A stretch of 64,000 nt of DNA from the NCBI GenBank assembly GCA_018662225.1, contig JABJGO010000088.1, positions 42,830 to 106,829 on the forward strand. The letters are read 5' to 3'. Below the pieces are notes generated by a model. The model saw only the letters and a list, made by a program, of their open reading frames with translations. It made no database searches and was not told the origin of the DNA. Numbering within the stretch: position 1 is the stretch's first letter; every line of letters starts with the position of its first letter. Of the stretch, positions 38,468 through 47,960 are shown piece after piece. The stretch comes from Rhodospirillales bacterium (GTDB lineage: Bacteria; Pseudomonadota; Alphaproteobacteria; Rhodospirillales; Casp-alpha2). Both the position numbers and the translations under genes were made by a program.

Positions 38468-39328
38468 TTACCCTTCCTGCTTTATGGCCATGACGAGGTG
38501 TTCGGCTTCGGCGAGTTTCAAGGTGTCCACGCCCGTATCGAACCCAAGTTCCGCCAATCTTTGTGCCACAGCGCGTGTATCCACATTGCCTTTGGCACCA
38601 TGCGCGTAAGGACAACCACCGAGGCCACCGACCGCTGTATCGAAAGTGCGCAAATCAAAACGCAGGCTTTCCTCGATATTCCCAAGGGCATTATCGCCTG
38701 TGTCATGGAAATGCCCGGCGAGTTTATCTGGTGGCACGACGCTGACGACGGCTTCCAGCATGGCCGCAACCGTCTCCGGGTTGCCCGAACCGATGGTATC
38801 ACCGAGGGATATCTCATAGCAGCCCATATTGAGCAGGCTCTCGGCCACGCGGGCGACCTGTGATGGTGCGACCGGTCCATCGTAAGGACACGCCACCACA
38901 CAGGACACATAGCCACGAACCGGAATACCATCTTTATTGGCCGCCGCCATCACGGGTTCAAACCGTTCCAAGCTTTCGGCAATGGAGCAATTGATGTTTT
39001 TCTGGCTAAAACCTTCCGAGGCGGCAGCGAACACAGCCACTTCGTCGGCGTCGGCCTTATGGGCACGCTCATAACCCTTCAGGTTTGGCGTCAAAGCCGC
39101 ATAGCGGATACCGGGTTTGCGATTGATCCCGGCCAACACTTCGGCCGCATCGGCAAGTTGTGGTACCCACTTGGGAGAGACAAAGGCTGTCGCTTCAATG
39201 CGCGTGAGGCCGCATTGGGAAAGCAGATTAATCAACGCCACCTTCCGATCTGTGGCGATCTTGGCTGACTGGTTTTGTAAACCGTCGCGAGGACCAACTT
39301 CAAACAGGCAAATGGAGTCAGAGGCCAT
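38468..39328 (-). CDS. Hydroxymethylglutaryl-CoA lyase (HMGL-like family)
   Basis: EVGPRDGLQN N-terminus and HFHDTGDNALGN metal-site region. Length is 286 aa. Confidence 0.85.
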   Translation of the reverse strand: MASDSICLFEVGPRDGLQNQSAKIATDRKVALINLLSQCGLTRIEATAFVSPKWVPQLADAAEVLAGINRKPGIRYAALTPNLKGYERAHKADADEVAVFAAASEGFSQKNINCSIAESLERFEPVMAAANKDGIPVRGYVSCVVACPYDGPVAPSQVARVAESLLNMGCYEISLGDTIGSGNPETVAAMLEAVVSVVPPDKLAGHFHDTGDNALGNIEESLRFDLRTFDTAVGGLGGCPYAHGAKGNVDTRAVAQRLAELGFDTGVDTLKLAEAEHLVMAIKQEG

Positions 39329-39346
39329 GGTCTGAGAATTCCCGGT

Positions 39347-41734
39347 TTACGCAGACTTGGTGTAAATGAGCGGATTGTTGATGATGGGGCTCAATGGTGC
39401 CGCATTAAATGAGGTTTCCCGAATGGTTTTCGGCACAGGTTGGTAAAGCGTTGTTCGTTGCTCAGGGGTTCGGTCCATCCCCGCAATCAACGCTTCCATG
39501 TCTTCTGGTGGCATTTCCTGGCCGTGAGAACTTCCGGCTGCACGACTGATACTCTCGTTCATTAAAGTGCCACCCAGATCATTGCACCCGGCTTTGAGGG
39601 CTGCAATTGCTCCTTCCGGGCCCATTTTGGTCCACGACGTTTGAATATTGGTAATATGTGGGTGCAGGACCAATCGGGCCACCGCATGCATTAATACCGC
39701 TTCGCGGAATGTGGGGCCTCGGCGGACAGCGCTTTTCAAGAAGAATGGTGCCTCCATATGGACAAACGGCAGCGGAACGAACTCCGAAATACCACCCGTG
39801 GTTTTCTGAATATCGCGCAGTAATAATAAGTGTCTGGCCCAGTGAACAGGGCGTTCGATATGGCCAAACATGATGGTCGATGTGGTTCCGATCCCCGCTT
39901 CATGAGCGGCCATAATTACCTCGCCCCATTGGGCTGTATTGATCTTATCTTTGCAGAGCACATCGCGAATTTCATCATCAAGAATTTCCGCCGCCGTCCC
40001 GGGCAGCGATCCCAGGCCCGCCTCACGCAGCATGACCAGATAATCAGCGAGACTCATGGCCAGTGTCTCAGCCCCGTGCCACACCTCCAGCGGCGAAAAG
40101 GCATGCATATGAATGTCAGGAAAGGCATTCTTCACCGAGCGGCAGATATCAACGTAGGTCTCACCCGTGTAGGAAGGATGAATACCACCCTGCATACAGA
40201 CTTCCGTTGCGCCCCGCGTCTGGGCCTCGTTCACCCGGCGAAGAATCTCGTCCATGGTCAGATCATAGGGTGCCCCGCGCAGGGCTTCGGCTTTCTTGCC
40301 CTTGGAAAAGGCGCAGAACCCACATTTGAAATAACACACGTTGGTATAGTTGATGTTGCGGTTGACCACATAGGTCACCGTATCGCCATTGACCTCGCGG
40401 CGCAGGCTGTCAGCGGCATCACAGACTGTTGTGAAATCTTCGCCCCGTGCCGAAAATAATGTCTCGACTTCACCCTGTTTCAGGTCGTGCCCGTCTGCCG
40501 CCTTCGACAGCAGGCGGGCCAATCCGACGCTGACGTGAGGCGCGGTTGCACGGCTCCGAATTTCAGGTGGTGGAGTTTTGCATCCGGTCATCCAGCCATC
40601 ACCACGGGCGAACCCATGCGAGTCAATGTTTTCAAATACGGCTGAGCGTAGCTTGGGTTCAATCCATGCCTCGTTATTGAAAATGTATGCCGGGTAAACC
40701 GCCAGACGTTCCAACAGGGTTTTACCAGTCTTGGCTGTTTCCACTGCCAGTGCATCGATTTCGGGCCACGGTGCTTCCGGGTTAACGAAGTCCGGCGTTA
40801 CCGGCGAGATGCCACCCCAATCATTGATACCAGCACCAATCATCGCTTGCCCCAGACCGGGGCTAAGGTTTGGCGGTGCCTGAATGCTCATATCCGGGCC
40901 AAATATGTGGCGTGCTGTGGCGATGGCCCACAACAGGTATTTTGTATCTGGCTCCGGCGAAGCAGACATTTTCGTGCCAGATTTGGCACGGAAATTCTGC
41001 ACAATAATTTCCTGAATATGGCCGTAGCGATCGTGCAGGTCTCGCAACGCAATCAGAGACTGGATACATTCTTCGCGGGTTTCGCCGATCCCGATCAGAA
41101 TGCCTGATGTCATGGGTACACAAAGTTCACCCGCAAGGCGCAAGGTTTCGAGCCTCAGCGACGGAACCTTGTCCGGTGATCCGTAGTGGGGCCCACCCTT
41201 TTCACACAACCGCTCAGACGTGCTTTCCAGCATCAGCCCCATGGAAACAGAAACGCCTTTGAGCATCCGTATTTCATGGGCGTTCATCAAGCCGGGATTG
41301 ATGTGTGGCAGCAATCCGGTTTCCTTGAAAACGAGGTCGGCCATGGCGGCCACGTATTCCAGCGTGGACTCAAATCCCATCTGCTGCAATTCTTCCCGGG
41401 CCAGCCGGAACCGTAATTCCGGTTTGTCGCCCAGGGTAAACAGCGCTTCCTTGCATCCGGTGGCTTGGCCCTGTCCGGCGATCGCCAGCACCTCGTCAGC
41501 GCTCATATAGACGCGTTGCCCGGCCTTCGGTGGTTGGGTAAATGTGCAGTAATGACAAACGTTGCGGCATAACTGGGTAAGGGGGATAAAAACTTTCCGT
41601 GAATACGTTACGACGTTGCCGTGCCCCTGATCACGCAATCGGGCCGCCGTTCTCATCAGATCGTTCAGATCGGATGAAACCAGCGCGTCCAGTTCTGGCG
41701 TTACAGACCCGGCATAGGGGCGGATAACATTCAT
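39347..41734 (-). CDS. fbiC: FO synthase, fused CofG/CofH (FbiC), two radical-SAM domains
   Basis: 795 aa with two CxxxCxxC motifs (CRNVCHYCTF; CYFKCGFCAF). Confidence 0.9.
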   Translation of the reverse strand: MNVIRPYAGSVTPELDALVSSDLNDLMRTAARLRDQGHGNVVTYSRKVFIPLTQLCRNVCHYCTFTQPPKAGQRVYMSADEVLAIAGQGQATGCKEALFTLGDKPELRFRLAREELQQMGFESTLEYVAAMADLVFKETGLLPHINPGLMNAHEIRMLKGVSVSMGLMLESTSERLCEKGGPHYGSPDKVPSLRLETLRLAGELCVPMTSGILIGIGETREECIQSLIALRDLHDRYGHIQEIIVQNFRAKSGTKMSASPEPDTKYLLWAIATARHIFGPDMSIQAPPNLSPGLGQAMIGAGINDWGGISPVTPDFVNPEAPWPEIDALAVETAKTGKTLLERLAVYPAYIFNNEAWIEPKLRSAVFENIDSHGFARGDGWMTGCKTPPPEIRSRATAPHVSVGLARLLSKAADGHDLKQGEVETLFSARGEDFTTVCDAADSLRREVNGDTVTYVVNRNINYTNVCYFKCGFCAFSKGKKAEALRGAPYDLTMDEILRRVNEAQTRGATEVCMQGGIHPSYTGETYVDICRSVKNAFPDIHMHAFSPLEVWHGAETLAMSLADYLVMLREAGLGSLPGTAAEILDDEIRDVLCKDKINTAQWGEVIMAAHEAGIGTTSTIMFGHIERPVHWARHLLLLRDIQKTTGGISEFVPLPFVHMEAPFFLKSAVRRGPTFREAVLMHAVARLVLHPHITNIQTSWTKMGPEGAIAALKAGCNDLGGTLMNESISRAAGSSHGQEMPPEDMEALIAGMDRTPEQRTTLYQPVPKTIRETSFNAAPLSPIINNPLIYTKSA

Positions 41735-42438
41735 CCTGACCTCAGTTCACTCATATGAGCATATTCATCAAACCGCTCGAGAACACCGATGTTTGCCAGA
41801 TATCGCGCCGTGCGCGTGTCAGAATTCCACTCCATAAATGCGGGCAGGTCATCTGGTGTATCAAGATCAAGCGCCAATCCCAAAGAAGGAACCACCGTTG
41901 GCGCCAGGCCCATGTGAATCGCCGCACTCTTGTGCGCTGAAAAGCTGTTCTCGCCAAATTGGGGGGTGATCACATCCGCTGGTGTGCACAACAGGGCATT
42001 GGTCCCGCCGCCATCCCATGCCGGAATCACTGTTACAGCCGGGGCGGCGCCATGATTGAAGATAATTCGATCGATTTCTTCCGCACAAACCAGTGGTACG
42101 TCGCCCGGAATGCTGATCATACCCGCGCAACCCCGGGCATCAAGATATCGCCCGGCTGTGGCCACGGCCTCACACAAACCGCAGCTTGTTGTCTCGCTCA
42201 GCACTTCCGCGTCAAATGTCTTCGCCAACTCCATGGCATCACGCTCACAGGTAACGACCAGCGTGCCGGCAATATTTGAAGCCTTCGACAAAGCGTCAAG
42301 CACATCACCGAGCATGGCATACGATAATTGCTGGCGTTCACGGGTATTCAACACGGGAGACAGGCGCTGCTTTGCCAGATCAAATCGTTTGACCGGAACA
42401 ACGGCCCAAATACCAAATAGGGGTTCGTTTTGGTTCAT
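41731..42438 (-). CDS. cofC: CofC/FbiD-type guanylyltransferase for F420 side-chain activation
   Basis: VVPVKRFDLAKQRL N-terminus, GGTNAL, DLDTPDDL. It overlaps fbiC by 4 nt. Confidence 0.8.
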   Translation of the reverse strand: MNQNEPLFGIWAVVPVKRFDLAKQRLSPVLNTRERQQLSYAMLGDVLDALSKASNIAGTLVVTCERDAMELAKTFDAEVLSETTSCGLCEAVATAGRYLDARGCAGMISIPGDVPLVCAEEIDRIIFNHGAAPAVTVIPAWDGGGTNALLCTPADVITPQFGENSFSAHKSAAIHMGLAPTVVPSLGLALDLDTPDDLPAFMEWNSDTRTARYLANIGVLERFDEYAHMSELRSG

Positions 42439-42445
42439 GATCGAC

Positions 42446-43201
42446 CTACCTCACCACCCGTGCCCGGGCTTTGGCAACGGCTTCCTGACGTTCCGGTGAA
42501 GACAGTAATTTTTTGCGCTCATTTTCCCAAAATTCAGGATCATAGCTGTCGCTGTCCATGGCGTTCAAAAGCCGCTTGGTTGCGTCCACCGCGCCTCGAA
42601 CATTGTCGCCAGCCCATTTGGCAATTGCCAGCGCGGCCTCAAGGCAGCTATCACTTTTGACAACGGATGAGACAATACCGGCATCAAGTGCCGCATCAGC
42701 ATCATACCGTTCGCCCAGGACCAGCAAGCTCATAATCGCATCGCGGCCCAACAATTTGCGCAAGCGTATCACTGATTTGGGACTGTACAGTAATCCTAGG
42801 CGCGTGGCGGGGACCTGAAATATGGCGTTCGACGCCGCAATCCGTACATCGCAGGTAACGGCTACGTCGAATGCGCCACCCATGCAGGGGCCATCAATGG
42901 CGGCGATGACCGGAACTGGGGCCTCGCGAATGGCTGTGGTAACAGCCTCAATAGCATCATCAACGGCCAGGTCCTCAATGGTGCCGTTTAACTCCGTCAA
43001 ATCACCGCCGGCGCTGAAGCATCCACCCGACCCGTGCAGGATGACTGCGCTTGTGTCATCTCTGACTTCACTGGTCAGGGCTTGATGGAGTTCACCGAGC
43101 AGAGCCCTTGACAACGCATTCTTGCGCTCGGGCCTGTTCAGGGTCAGGACAAGTGTGCCATCTTGATGATTAACGTTGATCAGTTCATTCATGCAAGACA
43201 C
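42446..43201 (-). CDS. Enoyl-CoA hydratase/isomerase family protein
   Basis: Crotonase signatures (FSAGGDL; DGPCMGGAF). Length is 251 aa. Confidence 0.8.
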   Translation of the reverse strand: MSCMNELINVNHQDGTLVLTLNRPERKNALSRALLGELHQALTSEVRDDTSAVILHGSGGCFSAGGDLTELNGTIEDLAVDDAIEAVTTAIREAPVPVIAAIDGPCMGGAFDVAVTCDVRIAASNAIFQVPATRLGLLYSPKSVIRLRKLLGRDAIMSLLVLGERYDADAALDAGIVSSVVKSDSCLEAALAIAKWAGDNVRGAVDATKRLLNAMDSDSYDPEFWENERKKLLSSPERQEAVAKARARVVR

Positions 43202-45429
43202 TCCTTGAATTGTGCTGCCTTCGATGATTCGTGATCATTCAGCGTGCGCCAAACCTGTTCCGGTGTCATGGGTAAATTATACTGACGCACACCGATAGCG
43301 TCATAAATGGCATTAGCGACGCAACCCGCGACGGGGATTACCGGCGGTTCCCCAATTGTTTTGGCGCCTGCGGGGCCATTGTCTTCAAACACTGGTGAAA
43401 AATATACATTTACCTGGGGCACATCAGGGAAGGTGGGTACTCGGTCATCCAGATAGCTGGGATTTAGCAACTGGCCGTTCTTTGAAACGGACGTGGTTTC
43501 AGATAGTGCCATACCAAGCCCTTGTACAACGCCGCCAATGACCTGGCCGATGGCCCCAAGGGGGTTAATGATCGTACCCGCATCGTGGGCTGCCCAGTAT
43601 TCTTCAACGGTAGACTTGCCGGTGAGGGTATCAACCTTCACACAACAACCGTGTACAGCGAATGTGTAGGCCGAGGCGATATTGCCGAAACCATGTATGT
43701 CAGCCGCGATCACACCCTTGGGTTTGTACTGTCCGGCTGCATGGAGTTCGTTTGCTCGACTTTTTGCAAGGGCGAGTTTGGCAATCTCGGCAATGGATGC
43801 ATTGGTTGAAATGCCGAGTTCCTTTACCAGGCTCATGCAGTTTTCCATGAATTTCTGGCACGCAATAATAGCGGCATGGGCGACAAAATATGAAGTTCGG
43901 CTGGCATAACTTCCGCGCCCGAAAGGCCCCGTTGCCGTATGCCCAAGCACAATTCTGAGCGAGTCCCGCGTAACACCCAGCTCCCGTTCAACGGTATGCC
44001 GGAGAACTTCTGCCGTACCACAACCCAGTTCCACCTCGCCCGAGGCGACGCAAATCATGCCATCAGCATTGACATCGATAGTGACATTGGAAATATCCGA
44101 GGTCTCATCATAGCCAGAGTTGCTGACACAATGGATGGCAGTGGAGAGGCCATAACCGTATTTAAAACGATCACCGGAACCAGACCGCTCCTGATTGCGA
44201 TGAGCCTGCATTTGTTCCTCGACTGTATCGAGGCAATCACCGTATCCACAGCTACTGATTTCCCATCCATGGATGCTGGTATCACCAGCGCCAACTGTAT
44301 TTCGGCGGCGCATATGCGCAGGATCGAGCCCAATCTTGCGGGCAAGTTCATCGACCAGTTGTTCCTGGGCAAATGTTGACTGCGGAATGCCGAAACCGCG
44401 GAAGCATTCGGTTGGCATATTGTTAGTATAAATCAATTGCCCCCGAGCCCTGACGGCGGCGTACTTGTAGAGATTGTCACCGCGCACCGCCGATGCCAGC
44501 ATGACTGGTGGCCCATGCAAGGTATAGGCACCATTGTCGGCCCAAACTTCAGTTTCCTTGGCCACAAGCTCGCCGTCTGATGTAGCACCGATGCGCATCT
44601 TTAAACGTGTAGCAAGACGGGTTCGGCCCGCCATCATGTCATCGCGATGTGATAGTACCAAGGCAACGTCACGCTGCAGTTTATGAGCAAACGCGAGGCA
44701 AACCAGATGCGTGGGATGTTCCCACTTGGCACCAAACGATCCACCCATGTCAGGTGTTACCACATCAACCGTGGCACCCCAGTGCTTTGCGATTTCGCTA
44801 TAACGACTGGCCAGCACGGAGGGGGCATGGGAGGCACTGACCAGTTCCAGATGGTCGCCACTTACACGAACGAAACACGCGCGAGGTTCCAGGTAGGCAT
44901 GAGGAACAGCCGCTGTTTCAAAGATGCCTTCCACCCAATGGGTGGCGCGTGCGGCGGCGTCATGCCAATCACCGGGGTTGGCAGAAAACCGGTCAGCAAC
45001 ATTATCTGGACAGGCTTCGTGCAGCGGTACTTCAAGCGCAAGGGCATCATCCACTCTGATGGCGTGAGGCAGAATTTCATAATCAATTTCAAGTGCGGCA
45101 ATTCCGGCGATCAAGGCTGCGTCATTGATGGCTGCCACAGCAGCCACGCCTTCACCCACATAACGAACGTGCGACGCTAAAACCGGTTCATCTGCAATGT
45201 GATGGCCCAGGGTAATATCCGCAAAATCTTCGGACGTCAGGACGCCCAGCACACCAGGAATGTTCATTGCTTTTTCTGTATTGATGCGAACAACACGGGC
45301 ATGGGCGTGAGGGCTACGGGCCAACCCGGTTACAGCTGTTTCCGGCGGGATCAAATCAGCCGTATAATGCGCCCGCCCGCAGCAACGATCCGAGATAGTC
45401 GCAATCTTCGGCGGGGGCATATATGACAT
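43189..45429 (-). CDS. Molybdopterin-binding large subunit of a xanthine dehydrogenase/CO dehydrogenase-family hydroxylase
   Basis: About 746 aa with a/b-hammerhead and MoCo-binding domain similarity. Start set at MSYMPP (45429), where TAATG overlaps the small-subunit stop. Confidence 0.85.
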   Translation of the reverse strand: MSYMPPPKIATISDRCCGRAHYTADLIPPETAVTGLARSPHAHARVVRINTEKAMNIPGVLGVLTSEDFADITLGHHIADEPVLASHVRYVGEGVAAVAAINDAALIAGIAALEIDYEILPHAIRVDDALALEVPLHEACPDNVADRFSANPGDWHDAAARATHWVEGIFETAAVPHAYLEPRACFVRVSGDHLELVSASHAPSVLASRYSEIAKHWGATVDVVTPDMGGSFGAKWEHPTHLVCLAFAHKLQRDVALVLSHRDDMMAGRTRLATRLKMRIGATSDGELVAKETEVWADNGAYTLHGPPVMLASAVRGDNLYKYAAVRARGQLIYTNNMPTECFRGFGIPQSTFAQEQLVDELARKIGLDPAHMRRRNTVGAGDTSIHGWEISSCGYGDCLDTVEEQMQAHRNQERSGSGDRFKYGYGLSTAIHCVSNSGYDETSDISNVTIDVNADGMICVASGEVELGCGTAEVLRHTVERELGVTRDSLRIVLGHTATGPFGRGSYASRTSYFVAHAAIIACQKFMENCMSLVKELGISTNASIAEIAKLALAKSRANELHAAGQYKPKGVIAADIHGFGNIASAYTFAVHGCCVKVDTLTGKSTVEEYWAAHDAGTIINPLGAIGQVIGGVVQGLGMALSETTSVSKNGQLLNPSYLDDRVPTFPDVPQVNVYFSPVFEDNGPAGAKTIGEPPVIPVAGCVANAIYDAIGVRQYNLPMTPEQVWRTLNDHESSKAAQFKECLA

Positions 45430-45884
45430 TATCCGACTTCCACAATAGCTTTGGTCAGCTGCTGATATCCACCGCAGCGGCAGATATTTCCCGCCACCAG
45501 TTTCGATACCGGCTCGACCCCCGTTTCGGTTCCGCCATCCTTGATCCAGGAACTCATTACGGCCATGCCGCCTGTGCAAAACCCACACTGTACGCCGCCG
45601 TGCTTCTCACAGGCGCAGGAAAATCTTTCGAGATGATCCTTTTGTAATCCTTCAACAGTCGTGATTTCGCGCCCCTCAACCACGCCACTGAGCAGCAGGC
45701 ACGAACACATGGGTTGTCCATCCACCAGTACCGTACAGGCACCGCAGTCACCTTCGCTGCAACCGTCTTTTACCCCGGTCAGGCCAAGTTTGGTGCGCAG
45801 AAAATCGATCAATCGCCGTGCGTACCAGACGTCGGGGATATCGTGGTTATGACCATTTACACGTACTGACTTATTGGCCATCAT
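45429..45884 (-). CDS. [2Fe-2S]-binding small subunit of the molybdenum hydroxylase
   Basis: CSEGDCGACTV and CGFCTGG...CRCGGY motifs. Length is 151 aa. Confidence 0.9.
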   Translation of the reverse strand: MMANKSVRVNGHNHDIPDVWYARRLIDFLRTKLGLTGVKDGCSEGDCGACTVLVDGQPMCSCLLLSGVVEGREITTVEGLQKDHLERFSCACEKHGGVQCGFCTGGMAVMSSWIKDGGTETGVEPVSKLVAGNICRCGGYQQLTKAIVEVG

Positions 45885-46813
45885 GACCTCTCTCCATATC
45901 GCGCAGCAGCCTGTTTGATCACATCGACAACCAGCGCTCTGATCAATTGGTGTCGATACCCGGCACTGGCGCGCTGATCGGAAATCGGTTCACACATTTG
46001 GCTGGCCGCATCGGCACACTGACTCAATCTGTCTTCTGAAAGCGGGTATCCAATCAGACCATCCGCTGCCGAGCTGGCATCAATAGCCGTTTCCCCAACA
46101 GCGCCAAGAACCAGCATGACAGATTTTAGGGCTACGCCGTCTTGATCGAAATCAAGTTTGACCGCCACACTGGCAAAGGCCAGATCCAGGGCAGCACGCT
46201 GGGTAAACCGCTGATAGGCACTGGTTTGATTTTTACCCAACCTGGTCAGGGTCAGGCCTGTAACCAGTTCTCCATCACGCAGCGCCGTTTTGCCGGGGCC
46301 TATCATGAAGTTCTTCAGGTCAATACGTCGGGTGTTGTTTTTTCTGTCAGCGGTTTCAACGACGCAGTCGTGGACGAGTAGACCGGGTACGGTATCGGCG
46401 GCCGGTGAAGCCGTGCAGACGTTACCAACAATGGTGGCCTGATTGCGCAACTGTACGGAGCCGACCAATTGCGCCCCGTCGGCCACGGCGGGTGCCTTAT
46501 GGCGGAAAGATTGAGAGCGAATTAGTTGGGCCAGAGGCGTTGCCGCGCCGATGCGAATTGTCTCGCCCGATTCTTCAAACTCCTTAAGGGCCTCAATCCC
46601 ACCGGTCCAGACCAGATGGTGCGGCGCACCACGTTGGGCCGCCACTAACAGGATATCCGTGCCGCCGGCGATCAGGCTGGCTCCCTGATGCATGTGTTCG
46701 AACACCTCGGCCAGATCAGTCGGGCATTGCAGTGCAATTTCCGGTAAGTGACTGGGGCGCAGAGAAGAAGCGGGTTCAATGATAAAGTCAGGTAACATAA
46801 GCGGTTTACACAA
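45881..46813 (-). CDS. FAD-binding medium subunit of the molybdenum hydroxylase (CoxM/XdhB-like)
   Basis: LIAGGTDILL FAD-binding motif. The start is ambiguous: TTG at 46813 or ATG at 46798. Confidence 0.8.
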   Translation of the reverse strand: MCKPLMLPDFIIEPASSLRPSHLPEIALQCPTDLAEVFEHMHQGASLIAGGTDILLVAAQRGAPHHLVWTGGIEALKEFEESGETIRIGAATPLAQLIRSQSFRHKAPAVADGAQLVGSVQLRNQATIVGNVCTASPAADTVPGLLVHDCVVETADRKNNTRRIDLKNFMIGPGKTALRDGELVTGLTLTRLGKNQTSAYQRFTQRAALDLAFASVAVKLDFDQDGVALKSVMLVLGAVGETAIDASSAADGLIGYPLSEDRLSQCADAASQMCEPISDQRASAGYRHQLIRALVVDVIKQAAARYGERS

Positions 46814-46857
46814 CGTTTCGTTAATGTCGTGTCAGTTAATGCAGATGGCCTCAAATC

Positions 46858-46889
46858 GTAAACTTGAAAAAGGGTTCGCATTACGTAAC
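46858..46889 (+). promoter_or_regulatory. Copy 2 of the conserved 32-nt motif GTAAAC-N21-GTAAC
   Basis: GTAAACTTGAAAAAGGGTTCGCATTACGTAAC. It ends 9 nt before the LysR ATG (46899), in the region divergent from the Mo-hydroxylase/cofC/fbiC operon. Confidence 0.65.
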
Positions 46890-46898
46890 AATATTTTC

Positions 46899-47804
46899 AT
46901 GCAAAACCTCAGAAAATATCTACCTCCCGTTAATAGTCTGGTTGCCTTCGAGGCTTCGGCCCGACATTTGAGTTTCACCCGCGCCGGACAAGAGCTGTTG
47001 ATTAGCCGTGAAGCGGTTTCCCGGCAAATCCGGATTCTTGAAGATTATCTGAGGATAAAGCTGTTTGTGCGGTTGTATCGGGCACTGGAACTGACGCCGG
47101 CGGGCGAAGAAATGCAGGTTGTCGTTTCAGAAAGCCTCGACAGGATCGCGCGAACCGCTACGTCTCTTCAACACGACAACCAACCTACCAAAATTTCTGT
47201 TACGGCGACCATTGCCATTACGACATTCTGGCTAACCCCCAGATTGTCGCACTTCAGCGACACCCATCCCCAGGTGGATATCAGTATCAGTTCGTCGGAT
47301 ACGCCTCTCGACATGATGGACGCTGGCAGCGACGTGGGTATTCTTTACGGCAAGGGGAAATGGCCGGGTTACAAGTCTACGCATCTTTTTGATGTGGAGA
47401 ATTTTCCGATATGTTCGCCGCGTTATCTGGAAGAAACTGATCCGATCTCCTCTTTGGAGGATTTGAAGAACCATACCTTGCTCTATCTGAACGGGAGCAT
47501 GCATGCGATCGAAAACTGGGATTGGTGGATGGAAAGCCTCGGTATGGAAATGCCTGCCAATGTTCGCAAGCTGGGATTCGATAGTTACGATAATGTGATT
47601 CAGGCTGCCATGGACAGCCAGGGAATCGCATTGGGGTTTACCAACCTGTTGGGTGACCAGTTATCCAAAGGCCGCCTGGTCCGTCCTTTGGAACAGGCAT
47701 TCAGCAAGGGTAACGGCATCTATCTGGTGGTGCCGCGCGGCAAACCAATGAGTGCCAATGCGCAGAAGTTCTTCGACTGGGTTAAGAGTGAAGTTGAAGC
47801 GTAA
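46899..47804 (+). CDS. LysR-family transcriptional regulator
   Basis: HTH FEASARHLSFTRAGQELLISREAVSRQI. Start set at MQNLRKY. No Shine-Dalgarno sequence is visible upstream. Confidence 0.85.
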   Translation: MQNLRKYLPPVNSLVAFEASARHLSFTRAGQELLISREAVSRQIRILEDYLRIKLFVRLYRALELTPAGEEMQVVVSESLDRIARTATSLQHDNQPTKISVTATIAITTFWLTPRLSHFSDTHPQVDISISSSDTPLDMMDAGSDVGILYGKGKWPGYKSTHLFDVENFPICSPRYLEETDPISSLEDLKNHTLLYLNGSMHAIENWDWWMESLGMEMPANVRKLGFDSYDNVIQAAMDSQGIALGFTNLLGDQLSKGRLVRPLEQAFSKGNGIYLVVPRGKPMSANAQKFFDWVKSEVEA

Positions 47805-47834
47805 AACGCCCCGGCGATCTTACATGAAGAAAAC

Positions 47835-47866
47835 GTTACGTTAGCCCAATCCTTTTTCAAGTTTAC
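47835..47866 (-). promoter_or_regulatory. Copy 3 (inverted orientation) of the conserved 32-nt motif
   Basis: The reverse complement reads GTAAACTTGAAAAAGGATTGGGCTAACGTAAC. It lies between the LysR stop and the LLM operon. Confidence 0.65.
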
Positions 47867-47960
47867 GCTCAATTCAATCCTGCCTATTCCTCCAAAAGAT
47901 AAATTTCGGGGTGCAAATCCACTTTGTTTGCCCCACAGACCATTTGAGGAGGATACCAAC

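Noticed and set aside
37671-38615. Long version of the hydratase ORF (314 aa), overlapping the HMG-CoA lyase gene by about 150 nt.
   Set aside because: The N-terminal 51 aa are Arg/Cys/Trp-rich, with no crotonase similarity. The family-typical N-terminus starts at MSAFETIRL (38462), 5 nt after the lyase stop.
45430-45588. N-terminal extension of the Mo-hydroxylase large subunit ORF, overlapping the [2Fe-2S] subunit gene.
   Set aside because: The extension is Arg/Gly-rich shadow sequence. The TAATG junction at 45429 gives the usual small-to-large subunit coupling.
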